Shown here: in pieces, positions 48,664 to 62,012 of the stretch
How positions within the stretch are numbered: position 1 is the first letter of the stretch
Layout: every line of letters begins with the position of its first letter
Source of the DNA: Eledone cirrhosa
Lineage: Eukaryota
Length of the DNA stretch: 64,000 bases
Direction: 5' to 3'
NCBI GenBank assembly: GCA_964016885.1
Contig: OZ024748.1
Span: forward strand, 43,152,001-43,216,000
Made by a program: the position numbers and the translations under genes
Notes under the pieces: generated by a model
Told to the model about the DNA's origin: nothing
Database searches by the model: none
The model's input: the letters and a program-made list of their open reading frames with translations, nothing else

Positions 48664-48696
48664 ATTTATATATATATATATTTATATATATATATT

Positions 48697-48840
<144 letters not shown>

Positions 48841-48936
48841 TATATATATATATTTATATATATATATATATTTATAAAATATTAAACAAATAATGAATAA
48901 AACAATGAAACAGTTCCTTATATTAAACAAAAAAAG

Positions 48937-49089
48937 TTCATTATTTAACGATCGTTTCTAGGACATATATGTGTTAGAATTGGTATGCATATTCAACAGA
49001 TCTATGTACAAAATTATACAAAATTATACAAATTATCAAATATAATATACATACCAACACATACATATGCCGTCTTCAGAAATAATGAA
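48937..49089 (-). ncRNA. Type I hammerhead with very long stem II
   Basis: TTCATTATTT-CTGAAGA-[~114 nt hairpin]-GAAA-CGATCG-TT^AAATAATGAA; perfect 10-bp stem I and palindromic stem III. Confidence 0.75.
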
Positions 49090-49260
49090 ATATATTTATT
49101 GATAATAACAACAATTCAAAATTACAGGTCTGTTTGGGAACAGAGTTCAAATTGACCAATGAAACACAAAACACTACCGTAAACTCTTGGTAGATTTATC
49201 TACATATATATTTATATATATATATTTATATTTATATATATATATTTATATATATATATT

Positions 49261-49291
<31 letters not shown>

Positions 49292-49731
49292 ATTTATATA
49301 TATTTATATTTATATATATATATTTATATATATATATTTATATTTATATATTTATATTTATATATTTATATTTATATATATATATTTATATATATTATAT
49401 GTTCGGTGAATCCATACATATATATATATGTGCATGTATGTATATATATATACATACTACTGTACGTCTGTATACATATATGTATGTACGTATACATACT
49501 TATATATATATATATATAAATATATATAATATTAAGGATACTATTTATGGTTATGTATATACTAAAACTCTTTATAGTTATGTATATTTTAAACCCTAAA
49601 CAGTGAAGGTCAGTAATTTATTACTACCTTATTACCAGTAGGATAAATAGCTCAATGTAATAACATCAGTTGTTCTACAGAGCAGTTATATAGAATTCAC
49701 AAGTATCAAAGCTATGTTCAAAGCATTTATT

Positions 49732-49778
49732 CACTTACAATTGTTTCATCCAAACCTAGGCTTGGTGTCGTCGGAGCA
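49732..49778 (-). ncRNA. Hammerhead variant (CCGACGA core)
   Basis: TGCT-CCGACGA-CA-CCAAGC(CTAG)GTTTGG-AT-GAAA-CAATTG-TA^AGTG, followed by AATAAA. Confidence 0.6.
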
Positions 49779-51248
49779 TTTTTCAATGTTTGTACGCATA
49801 ATTGACCTCCTTTCCAACGCAAGAGACATACAGATACATATATATATATTGATGTAGAGTGGAGTGACATATATTATACTATATTATTTCTGTATAGCAA
49901 TTCAAATTCAAAATTAAAATTAAAACAAAATTAAAACAAAATTAAAATACATTCGGCAGTTAACACAGATAATGCAAGAGGATAGTTTGTTAGTCAGATG
50001 TAGTAGTTAGTGTATGTGTTAGTTACACGTGGGGCATGCAAGTGTGTCTCATTTATATATGATTATTGTGTGGCAGGGTGTTACATGTAATGCAAGCACT
50101 TTAAGCGGGTAAATAAGAGTATTATGATGGTTGTAGTGGTAAGGTATTTTTTGTATATAATATAAAAGTATGTGTGCAGAAAAATAAAAATAAAAAGGAG
50201 AAGCAAAAGAAAGTTATGGTTTTCGTATCCACCACCATTTTCACCATCAGGAAAAGTAAGATATAGTTTTTACATCCATCACATAAGTAACGATGATTCC
50301 GTATTGGATTTTTGATGCATTAAATTAAATTATTTTAGCTTATTGCGGCTCAGTATTATTTAATCCAAATTTATAGAATAGGTTGATTCTGCTGCGAGAA
50401 TTTACAGCGGTTTATTATCCGGAAGTATGTGTGTAATTAAGGGGAGTTAATGCGTAAGGGGAGGTAACTAGCTGATTTCCATAATTAAATTCATTGTTCT
50501 AACATACATTATAAGGCGCCTCAATTGAATCCCTTATATGGACGGTTATATATTTATATCCAGTTTCCAATTTTAAATACAGTCTACTCTATCATGATGT
50601 ACTAAAGGTATCTATATTAGGATGATTACTCCCTATCATACAGTGCTACAACTGTATACTCCATACAAAGAGCCATATCTTTATATCAAAGTTCACTGCA
50701 AATGTAGTCTACTCTCAGAACGTGTCAGGAGACCTATTAGAATTATGTCTACATAAGCCCTGGTAAGTTCTGGAGCAGCGTATGGCTGTTTGCATGGCAA
50801 AGCCAAATACATCTCTAGGGCAGACAAATACATCCCTCATTTACAATGTCATTAATCTATCCATCGAGTTATACTTGCATATATAACTCACATACTATTC
50901 ATACATAATTCATTGCACTCAACATATAAGTTAGACAGATCTCTTATGTTAATAAATTAATCTTATATATATCCAATGTTATCACTCCATACATATAAAT
51001 ACAATTGCATATATAATTCATTGTCGAATCTGGTATTTAGACTGTATTGTATCACTATATAATTATAAGTAATTGAAAGTAATTATACTAAAAGTAGGTG
51101 TTTATGGGGATATTTCTAGGCATAAAGTTATAGATAGATAGAGTGATTTGTGTCGAGATAGGGTGGATCAGAGAGTGTGAAGTTGTGGCGTAAAGTGCGC
51201 CCTTGAGGTGTGGTGTTAGAAGTGGTGATGAGCTCAAGTTTGACATTG

Positions 51249-52464
51249 TTATATATTGGGTTTAAAGTTTTGGAATGTGTGTCGGAAGCGGTGCTGGCAC
51301 GACGCAAACACTTCCGATTTTTTATTAAGGAGGTTATGGTTTGAGAAGATTATAGTATGGGTCTCTAGTAGACAGAGGTTACAGAATTTATTAGGTGGTT
51401 TGTACGATGCCGCCTTACCTATCACTTCCCATTTAAGTGTATAAGATCTATTTATAGTTTTTAGATAGTGTATGTAGCTAGATAGTGAAGTGGAGTTGGC
51501 TAGACTGTGTTTTTTGAAAGAATGGAGGTGTGAATTGTATCTGGTTTCGAAGCAGTTCGAAGTAGAGCCTATATAGGTTTCAGAAGAGTTGCTAGTTATG
51601 ACGGTGCATGAGTATATGATGTCCTTGATTAAGCAGTTTTTATCTAAAGGGCAGGTTCTATTAGATCTACAGTTACAATTATTTTGGATGTTAACCTGCC
51701 GGTTATTATGTTGTGTAGAAGTCTGGTTGCTAGGTATTGCATTATGGCTATGGGGGTTGTCGCTCCCAGCGTTATTTATTTCACTAGTGCTATTACTATT
51801 ATTACTATTCATATCAGGGTTTGCAGATATAACGTTGTTTTGAAGGTTTACCCCCTGCCGTGTTTTAGTTTGTTAGAAGTAAGTATTAATTTTTCTTTTA
51901 TTGCTACTAGCTATGTGGTATGCTATGTTAGGCGTGGTAGAGTAGGAGATTTTAATGGTGTTTTTGTTTATAAGACTATGGTACTTGTGGCCAAATGGGA
52001 AGTATTTATCCAGGAGTGAGAAGAAAGCCTTAGGTAGGTTGGTAGAGATGTTTAGATTGAATGGGAGGTTGAAAAATGTATTATTTATTTCTTCCATTTT
52101 CGGCATTATGGGGAGGATTGAACCACGTTACGTTGTGTGAGTGGCGGTGTCGCCTGCTAGATCCGCTAAGGGAAGCTGGATAAAAGGATATTTCCTCCCG
52201 GAAGCCACTCCGCTTGAGGGCCTAGTTGTAATGAGGCGCGTATTCGTCGAATATCTGCTCATTGGCGGACAAACGAGATATGCGGAGGGAGATGTTTTTA
52301 ACCAGGTTATTGGTGATGTTTCTAGGATGGTTAGAGCGGCGGTGGATGTAGTGCAGGTTGTCGTTTGGTTTCCTGTATGGGTAGTACAGATCATTTTCGA
52401 GGTTCAGGGTAACGTCCAGGAAATTGACTCGGGTTAGGGACGTTTGTAGGGTGATTTAAAATCC

Positions 52465-52467
<3 letters not shown>
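51249..52467 (-). mobile_element. 5'-truncated Penelope-like element of the same clade as 30443-33650, frameshifted
   Basis: VNFLDVTLNL, SNHP, FFNLPFNLNISTNL..ISYSTTPNI, CNCRSNRTCPLDKNC, IIYSC..YIGST..R...H, CNLC..E, LLN.K.E; 5' end in (TA)n. Confidence 0.85.
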
Positions 52468-52554
<87 letters not shown>

Positions 52555-53269
52555 CTCCTCCTGTCATCCTCCTCTACTACTATCACTTCACCCTGCCTTG
52601 ACCCTCTAACCACTTCCTGTTGCGCGCGCACCCCACATCTCTCCACTTCCGACCACCACAACCAATGGATTCCACACCACCGGTCATCGTTCCAGCTATC
52701 CACTCCATAACATGAAAAATATCCAGCAGCTCATCGTACACTCCACGGAACTACTTTAGGAACTTGCCCACGGACGTACACTCACATTTTTTTTCGAACC
52801 ACGCCACCTACATCCACACCACGTATAAACACCAACACACACGTGCGTACCCCCACATATACATACTCAGCCTCCGAAGTCCACACGCCCCTCTCCATCC
52901 ACATGCACGCACACACCGACCTACACCCCACCCCACGCGCACACCTTTTCCTGAACATGGAACCTCGTTCTTCCCCCAACTCTCACATACACACGCACAC
53001 ACACACACATACACCTACACACATACACAAACACCACCTTCAGCCCTCCCCGCTCGGACCCCCTGCCTTCCTCTCCCAACTCCACCCGCCACCACCCCTA
53101 CACGCCTCACACCCTTCCACCACTTGTTTATCTTTGTTTATTTTTTATTTTATTTGTACCCCTTCCACCGTTTTGCCTCCCTTTTCTCTCCCCTCCCCTC
53201 TTTGTTTCTAAATGTTTCTCCACCACTCCTCCACACACCCTCGGAACTCTCTTTCTACCCACTTTTCTC

Positions 53270-53297
53270 CCGATGAAGGGCTTATGCCCGAAACGTC
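53270..53297 (+). ncRNA. Ultra-minimal hammerhead-like motif in a PLE-type 3' region (degenerate relatives near 30240 and 60077)
   Basis: CCGATGA-A-GGGC(TTAT)GCCC-GAAA-CG-TC; stem I is not evident. Confidence 0.55.
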
Positions 53298-53412
53298 GTT
53301 CCCCCACCCCCACCCCACTCTCAAGAGCGTGAACCTAATAAACTTTTATTTATTTGTACTGCCTCTGTACTGCCTATTTGTACTGTCTCTGTTTTTGTTC
53401 CCGTCCAAGTTT

Positions 53413-53468
<56 letters not shown>

Positions 53469-53695
53469 TAGTAACACAACAGTTAGTTTACCAAACCGAG
53501 AACTAACTGTTGTGTTACTACTTCTACCAAACTCACCCCATTGACTGAGTGCTCTACCACAACGGATATTACCTTCCAGTGTTCTACCTCTCTCTCTATA
53601 TATATATATTGAAGGAACAGAATAGCGGTCGCCCTCGGGTCCTCGATTTTCAGCCCCATGGATTTTATCTATTACATTCACGTATTATATTTCGA

Positions 53696-53753
53696 ATACC
53701 TGATGATATCACCGGATTCATACGGAACCCAGTCATTGAAATGATCATAGTAT
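53696..53753 (+). ncRNA. Type I hammerhead ribozyme
   Basis: ATAC-CTGATGA-T-[imperfect stem II]-T-GAAA-TGATCA-TA^GTAT, followed by AATAAA; palindromic stem III. Confidence 0.7.
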
Positions 53754-53801
53754 AATAAACCTTTCAAGGATTTACACAAATCCAGCCTCCTGTCATTTCA
53801 T

Positions 53802-53832
<31 letters not shown>

Positions 53833-55328
53833 CAATATGTTGAAAAGGTAACACACTAGAGAGAGATAGTGCGCCATCAATAAAAGAGGGAAAAACCACC
53901 AGTGTATGGAATCTATAACCTATTGACAGGGAATAACGAGAGTCTATGGCTCCGTTAATTTATCGTGATATTTCGCTCCTTATAACAATCTTTCCTCTCT
54001 CCTCTTTCCTCTCTCCTCTTTCCTCTTTCCTGTTTGGTTGAGCACACTTCTCTGAGTGGTTTTGAGGCTGCCCTTTCTAGCAGCTGGTCCCTCAGATACC
54101 ACTGGTTCACTGCCCTAAACACACTGTCACATCTCTCTGCCGCGTGTAGCTGGACGGTCGCTTTAGATTCTCTTAGAGTTGTCTGGAATGTATGGCCTTG
54201 CACGCGCTGATGAACCATAGGCTATTCCATTTCAGTCAACAACTTTCTGGCGAAACAGATCTCTTTGGATTTGTCCATGTGTGTTATATAGTTATAGAGG
54301 TACGTATATATATATATTTTAATTTATATTTTTAATTATTGTGTGTCTACCCGGCTTTTCTTAGGTTATAGATTCCATACACTGGTGGTTTTCCCTGTTT
54401 TATTAATGGCACACTATCTCTCTCTAGTGTGTTACCTTTTCAACATATTGTATTTTAAAGAGCTTAGGATTCCTTTTCCTTTGAGCACATTATTGACAGG
54501 GAATAACGAGAGTCTATGGCTCCGTTAATTTATCGTGATATATATATAACGAAGGAGGTGTGGTAAGGAACCAGATGGACCATAACACACCAGAGTACTC
54601 AATACTTAGGGTAGTAGAGTGAGTAATAGGAAAAATTTTGACCACGACGGCAGAGCTCAAGCCATTTCGACGGCTATTTCTGGACTAAGAAATAGTCCAG
54701 AAATAGCCGTCGAAACGGCTTGAGCTCTGCCGTCGGGGTCAAACTTTTTCCCTTATATATATATATAATCATTATAAAAATTATACATTTTCTATGTATT
54801 TTATCTGAGGAGGACATGTTTTGCTCTATGTTATACATAAAACTTTACATCTTCGAAATCTAAACTATAATAAAGTAAGGAGCGTGGGACTGCGTGCGGT
54901 TTATAATTTTTTATCCCATTAGTAAAATAAGTTGGATTATTTTGAATAAATAATGAATGAATATTACATAATTTATCTACTAAATTTCGTGGCTGTTGAT
55001 TAAATATATTTCATTGTTTATTTAAAGATTCACTTCTTTAAAATTTCTGAAATGTCAACACTTCCAGTTGGCCATGGCTTAAATAAACATACTAATTTTC
55101 TCCTAATGCAGTTTATATATAATATCGTCTTTTTTAATGTATCATGGATTACGTTACTGATTACATAAGACTTCGTTCAATTTCTATGTATTATATATTG
55201 TCAATTACGATTTTATTTGATGTATCATATCTACATGTATATATATACTTGCATATAATATCATTATACACACTACACATGCTAGCAGAAAACCACCTGA
55301 AGGGTGGTTTTCTTTTGCTAGTATATAT

Positions 55329-55646
55329 AATTGTTTCTACGTTTGGCACAAGGCCAGCAATTACCCAGTGCATTACTGGTACTTTATTTTATCGACCCCG
55401 TAAGGATGAAAGGCAAAGTTAACCTCGGCGGGATTTGAACTCAGAATGGCAAGGGCCGTAACTCTATACGTCAAAATATATAATGAAATAAATAGTGATG
55501 ATATAAAGTATATATCTTTCGCTCCCTTTACGATCTGAGTTCAAATCCCGCCGAGGTTGACTTCCCTTTCATCCTCACGGGGTCGATAAAATAAAGTACC
55601 AGTAATGCACTGGGTAATTGCTGGCCTTGTTCCAAATGTAGAAACA

Positions 55647-55650
<4 letters not shown>
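55329..55650. mobile_element. Inverted pair of tRNA-derived SINE copies (further copies at 55925-56110, 56130-56270 and 61275-61365)
   Basis: B box GAGTTCAAATCCCGCC followed by GAGGTTGAC...CTTTCATCCT..CGGGGTCGATAAAATAAAGTACC; two copies in opposite orientation. Confidence 0.8.
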
Positions 55651-55681
<31 letters not shown>

Positions 55682-55740
55682 AAGAGAGAGGGGGAGAAAG
55701 AGAGAGAGTGTGTTTTAAATAAACAATTTCTTATTTGTAG

Positions 55741-55836
55741 CAATCTGTGAAATTCCCTGCAAGAATGGCGGTCAGTGTGTTCGACCAAATTTATGTAAAT
55801 GTAACTCTAATTATACTGGCGCAGACTGTACACACC
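55741..55836 (+). CDS. Host gene exon: EGF-like domain 3
   Basis: tttgtag acceptor, gtaagt donor, 96 nt, phase 1-1; ICEIPCKNGGQCVRPNLCKCNSNYTGADCTH. Confidence 0.92.
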
Positions 55837-56477
55837 GTAAGTAGAGGGCAGTCTCTTTTTCCACCTCTTTCACACACATATGATACATATTTATAACAAT
55901 AACAGCAATAATTATCGTAATAATTGTTTCTACTTTTGGCACAAGGCCAGCAATTACCCAGTGTATTACTGGTACTTTATTTTAACGACCCCGTAAGGAT
56001 GAAAGGCAAAGTTAACCTCGGCGGGATTTGAACTCAGAATGGAAAGGGCCGTAACTCTATGCGTCAAAGCATGGCGTCCGACCCTCTACCGATACTGCCA
56101 ATCCACCACCTTTAATTATCGTAATAATGTTTCTGATTTAGGCCCAAGGCCAGCAATTATGGGGGAGAGGGGAAAGTCGATTACATCGACTCAAGTGCAT
56201 TACTGGTACTTTATTTTATTGACCCTGTAAGGATGAAAGGTAAAGCTAGCCTTGACAGGATTTAAACTCATCAAATGCTTCCCATTAAATTCAACCCTGG
56301 TCACACATCCACTACACTCTCCCTCTGATTGACCATTCATATACAATACATTAAGAACTACATTAAAGATGGATACACGTGTCTGTGGAATATTCAACCA
56401 CTTACAAGTTAGTTTCACAAACACATTAATTAGTTGATTAATACTCACCTTTATTTCTTGTGTTGTTCTTGTTTCAG

Positions 56478-56573
56478 CTTTATGTGACCAGCTCTGCTAC
56501 CACGGTGGTTCCTGTGTTGCTGCCAATCTCTGTTCTTGTCGTCATGGATACACAGGAAGGTATTGTGACACAC
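56478..56573 (+). CDS. Host gene exon: EGF-like domain 4
   Basis: tttcag acceptor, gtaagt donor, 96 nt, phase 1-1; LCDQLCYHGGSCVAANLCSCRHGYTGRYCDT. Confidence 0.92.
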
Positions 56574-57051
56574 GTAAGTGTTGGAATTGTGATTTCAACT
56601 CTTTTTTGCTGAATCTCCTCACTCTCCTCACTTTCACACAAATTCATATCAACTGTCAGATTCTATTATACAATAACATGTAAATATGTCTGTATGCACA
56701 GGAATCTCTCTTACTATATATATATTATCATTATCATCATCGCTTTTTCCCTGCTTGCAAGGGTGGGACGGGAACTGATTCTGGCTTGATTTCTACAGCT
56801 GGATGCCCTTCCTAACACCAACCTCATTTACAGTGAGTGCTGGGTCGTGCTTTTTTTTTGCCATGGCACCTCCATGACCACTTTGCAGTGGAATGATAGG
56901 GACCCCAGTCCAGTCCTATCATCTCATTTCTACAGCTGAGTAAACTGGAAATAAAGTGTCTTGTTCAAGGAAACAACACATCACCTGGTCTGAGAATTGA
57001 ACTCACAACCTTTCGATTGCAAGGCCAATGCTCTAACCACTAAGCCATGTG

Positions 57052-57137
<86 letters not shown>

Positions 57138-57139
57138 TA

Positions 57140-59183
57140 TAGATAGGTAAATATACACGGGTGTGTATGATTGTGTATAGAAGATTATATTAATAAGAGG
57201 AATTCCAACTTTGTCTGATTTACTCGTTTTATTTACAATCCTTTAAAATATATATAATGGTATTATAATGAAATAGTATGATAGAATATTAAATTCTAAG
57301 TGTTAATTGAACAAGTACTTTCATGCTTTCGCAATCTTCAGGTTCATGATATGTGGTGACAGTCGAGTTTGCAATTTTCAACTGTAATGAGATGGGTAAA
57401 TTTATTTTATACAGAGAAAAGTGGCTCCAGAATGCAAAACCCTGTAAACTGTATTTCGACCAATCAGTGTGTAGTTTCACTGAATTACTACAGCTGATTG
57501 GTTTAAGCGTCACGGCTGGTTGAGCATGCTAACGACCAATAGTCATATCCAACGTATCAATTGTTTTGCTTTTTTGAAATGATGAAAATAGCATTTTCTA
57601 TTAATCATCACCATCAACATCACTTTTATTATTATTATTATTGTTGTTGTTGTTGTTGTTAGTGGTCGTGGTCATAGTGGTAGTAGAAGTAATACCCCTA
57701 GGCGTTATTATTGTTCATTTAGCTTGGGTTTGAATTTATCAATAAAATTCTTTTCTTTGATTTTTCTCTTGATTTCATTTGGGCTGTGTAATTTGTAGAA
57801 TGGGAATATTATAAATATTCCCTGACCACATGTTGCCAGGTGGCCGCTTAGGGGTATCTGACGGACATTTGGGTCTCTGATTTGTTGACGGTGTACCCGT
57901 GCACGTTCCGATAGTGCATTTCCAGTTTGACCGACATATAGTTCTTCACAATTCGGGCATTTAATGCAGTAAATTAGATTTCTGCTTTTGCAGTTCATAT
58001 TTGCATTTGTGAATATTTTTCCAGTTTTTGTTTTCATATATTGACCGGCGTGTATGGATTGACATGTGCCGCATCGATTATCATTGCATTTAGATACAGT
58101 GAATGATTGGTCTTTGTTGTTAAGGTCAAACTTTGCTTTTGTTAGCAATTGCTTCAAATTTTTTGGCTGTCTTTTACTAAGAGTCAAAGATCGATCTGTG
58201 ATTAAGCCTTTTAATTCATTACTTTGAGCAATGATCGGTAGGTTTGCTTTGGCAGTGTTGAAGATATTCTGGTGACATGGGTTGTGTGTCATTATAAATG
58301 GTATGACCAGTTCTTGGTTTCTTCTTCTTTGGGTTGTTCTAAGTTGTTGTATAGGTATTTTTATAGCCCGCTGTATGCCATTTTCTATAAGTAGAGATGG
58401 GTATTTTTGTTTGAGCAAAAATTCTCTTAGTTCTGTTAGGCGTTTGTACCTGGTATTCGTATCTTCTACAATGGTACAAATTCTTCTGGCTAGGCAGTAT
58501 GGGATGTTGCGTTTTGTATGAGGTGGATGGCACGACTTAAAATTCAGATATTGATGGGTGTCTGTGTGTTTATAATATATATCCGTGGTAATGGTGGTGT
58601 CGTTTTTGATTATCATTATATCTAGGAATGGTAATTTGGTCCTACTCATCTCTTTTGTGAATTGGAGAGATGGGTGTAGGTTATTCAGGAGGATATTGAA
58701 CTCATCCAGAGTATCTAGAGATTCTGTCCAGATGATGAAACAGTCGTCAAGGTATCTCTTCCAAGATTTTTCAATGTACTTTCTAAAGTCAGTACTATAT
58801 TTTTCCTCTATTTCTTGGTAGAGTTGTTGTTCTAAGTATCCCATTACAGAGTTCGCGTAAACGGGAGCAAACTTCGTTCCCATCGCTGTGCCTCTAATTT
58901 GGATGTAATTCTTTCCATTGAAGAAGAAAGTGTTGTTTTCCAGAATAAGTTTAACTGCGTCTAATATAAATGGCGCTGTGAATCTAATGGGAATCACTTC
59001 TCTATGTTTTTCCACCCAGTATTTAACCGCCTTTATTCCTAAATCATGTGTAATGTTGGTGTAAAGGCTTACCACATCAAAACTGAGTAGAAGTGAATTC
59101 GTTTCCGTGGTTTTGGGAAGATGGGACAGGAAGTCGATATCATCCCGGATGAAACTGGGTATGTGAATACATAGTGGTTTCAA
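57140..59183 (-). mobile_element. 5'-truncated Penelope-like element (Neptune-like) with uninterrupted RT + GIY-YIG and pseudo-LTR
   Basis: 491-aa open frame: FDVVSLYTNI, GTAMGTKFAP, RYLDD, LPFLDI, SCHP, C..RCGTC, NLIYCIKC..C..LYVGQT..R..H; both ends lie in (TA)n. Confidence 0.92.
57308..57346 (-). ncRNA. Minimal 39-nt type I hammerhead in PLE pseudo-LTR
   Basis: TGAAC-CTGAAGA-T-TGC(GAAA)GCA-T-GAAA-GTAC-TT^GTTCA. Confidence 0.85.
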
Positions 59184-59200
59184 TATATATATATATATAT

Positions 59201-59910
59201 AAATGAAAGGTATAGAAATTGTTTTAGCGAGAAGTTAACAGTATTTCATAATATATATGCGACTATGTCGTCAAGATGGGAAAAATAGTTAACGTAAGAT
59301 GTAGGAAAAATAACTCAAACCTATCTCAAAAGAGAATCAGGATATAAATTCATCCACAGAATTTAGTGAAATCCAGGGAAAAATCAATAGACCCTTAACT
59401 CAATTTGGAAAAACATCAAATGCTCTGTATTGTCTTAAAGACTATTTCATGAAAACTTTCAGTGGAGATGGTCACGTTTGGCATTCATCATCAGCAGAGC
59501 TCAACAGATAACCAGGGCTCTCACAGAATTATAAGCCAAAAAGGGAATTCTAAAACTGGCTAGTTCACCATCATGCGTGATTATGAAAAACGCACATGAG
59601 GAAAAACGGGGCTAGTGACGTCAGGATGAAAATGAAAGTTTGTTTACAAGAAATAACAGTCAAATACATTCCGAAAAAACTCTACAAAAAGAGTTCAGCA
59701 AACAGCAATATTATCGCAGTTTTTATAAAAAAAAACCGGGATTAGTCACAGATAATTTAAGCACTCAAGGAAAAAAATCCGAGTATAAATATAAATGAAA
59801 GGTATAGAAATTGTTTTAGCGAGAAGCTAACAGTATTTCATAATATATATGCGACTATGTCGTCAAGATGGGAAAAATAGTTAACGTAAGATGTAGGAAA
59901 AATAACTCAA
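59201..59910. repeat. Element with 118-bp terminal direct repeats (period 592 bp) between (TA)n tracts
   Basis: 59201-59318 matches 59793-59910. Confidence 0.8.
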
Positions 59911-60195
59911 TATATATATATATATAGTAATAATATTAAATTTGAAGACTAAAATCCAAAGATTCTTTGCTTAAACTTTAATCTGTTATTTTAATAAATA
60001 TATATATATATATATACACACACACATATACATATACGCCCGTCCCTTCAATCTTTCTAAGTTCTCATTCTTTTTTCTGATGAAGGACTAGTATCTGACA
60101 CGTTAAGACCCTCTTCTATCTAATATATTCCTTCCATATACTGTACTGATTGTGTTGTTATTTCTGTTTACCATTTACATATATATATATATGCA

Positions 60196-60270
60196 CAGGG
60201 TGTCCCAAAAAATGTATACACACTTTAACAGCATTATAATAATATGTGTGTACATTTTTGGGACACCCTG
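60196..60270. mobile_element. Tc1/mariner-type MITE (short)
   Basis: TIRs CAGGGTGTCCCAAAAAATGTA / TACATTTTTGGGACACCCTG. Confidence 0.75.
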
Positions 60271-60859
60271 TATGCATATATATATGTATGTATGTATGTA
60301 TATATATATATATAGTTGTTGAAACAGCAGGAGGTCAGCCGTCGGGGTCCCACATTTTTCATATTACCCACTCTACTACCCTAAGTATTGAGTACTTTGG
60401 TGAGTAATGGTCTAACAGGTTTTTATCGCATCCATTCTAATTTATATATATATATTATATATATATCATCATCATCATACATCTGCTTTTCCCTGCTTGC
60501 AAGGGTGGGACAAAGGATTACATGTACCTCTCCACCAAGATTGAACCCAAGGCCAGGATCTGCACCATCTCTAGTACCTACCACTAGGCCACAGAGACAA
60601 TATATATATATCAAAATTAAATTAAGGGTGTCATATCCGAGAGACATGCGCCATATGCACTGTAGATTATGCTCAAAGATTCCAATGAATAGATCCGAGC
60701 ATTTTATATCAACTAGAAATTGATTGACATATATTATTTTAGATATATATATGTCAATCAATTTCTAGTTGATATATATATATATGTTGGTACCACAACA
60801 TCCAGGCCGAAACAAATGAGGTCGTGTAGGTGTCACGACAAAAAAACACAGTCCAGGCT

Positions 60860-61049
60860 GTAATGTGGCCGTGTAGGTAACACGGTAAAAACCTCCCAGT
60901 TCCACACTGTAAATGTGGTTGGTGTTAGGAAGGGCATCCAGCCGTAGAAAACCCGCCAGACAGTCCTATGCGAGCAAGACAACCACTCTTGCCTCAAGTG
61001 GGAAAACTCCCGTCCAAACCCATGCAAGCGTGGAATATGGACGTTAAAC

Positions 61050-61082
<33 letters not shown>
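60860..61082 (+). mobile_element. SINE 3' part with GGAAGGGCATCCAGCCGTAGAAA domain and (GAT)n tail
   Basis: Motif plus GGACGTTAAACGATGATGAT tail; minus-strand relative at about 56735-56870. Confidence 0.65.
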
Positions 61083-61114
<32 letters not shown>

Positions 61115-61742
61115 TTCTATATAGCCAGAAAGAGTTCTATATAAGTTAGACACAGTCACCTGACCCAACCTGCCTCAAATGGTACAACCTGTCTAGCCCA
61201 ATGGACGTTAAATGATGATGATGATGATATATACATATATATATTAAGGTTGTAAATAGAACACTTTTTATGTTCTGAGTTCAAATCGCAGCTAAGTCAA
61301 CTTTGCCTTTCATCCTTCTGGGATTGATAAAATAAAATACCAGTTAAATACTGGGGTTGATTTAATCAACTTTCCCACCTCATGTATGTGTAGTATTATG
61401 TTATTGTCCCTGTTGTATTGAAACTACATAACTTGTGTGAAGTGACTGGAAGTGTTATCTATGTTGTGTATATTTGTAAGTATTTGCAGGGTTCTTATCA
61501 TGTATCTGTTAGTGTTCTTTTGAAACTATTCCCATAACACCTATTATTTTTCAGATTCTTTCTATTTTCATCATCTGCATTTGAGTTATCTCTATTTTGA
61601 GATCTTTACATTTGGATGATTTCTTAATTTTGGGGGGACAGACATGTCATCTGTTGTGACTAAGACATCGATTTGGTTTTTGATATATCCATGTTGAAGT
61701 TTATGATATATTATTCAAAGATTTTATTGTTTTTTTTTCCAG

Positions 61743-61838
61743 CTATTTGCTCTCGTGGATGTCAAAACGGTGGTGTTTGTATTTCCCCCCAGCATTGTAA
61801 ATGTCTACCCAATACATCTGGACTGTTCTGTGAAAAAT
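61743..61838 (+). CDS. Host gene exon: EGF-like domain 5
   Basis: ttttttccag acceptor, gtaagt donor, 96 nt, phase 1-1; ICSRGCQNGGVCISPQHCKCLPNTSGLFCEK. Confidence 0.92.
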
Positions 61839-62012
61839 GTAAGTTTTCAAAAATATCTGTTAGTATGTTAAGCTAAACTCACACTACATTATGTTATGTT
61901 TCTTCCTAGAAACCTTCAAGTGGGAATGCTATAAAAGTTTTCTAAATTTCTCCAATACTTTCATTTCCAGAAGTTTGACGAACCTTCAAACTGTTATCAT
62001 TTATTTTTAGGT

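Noticed and set aside
53466-53522. Short hairpins at 53466-53522 and 60705-60776 as terminators or miRNA
   Set aside because: They lie next to TA tracts and look like fold-back insertion scars; there is no evidence of function.
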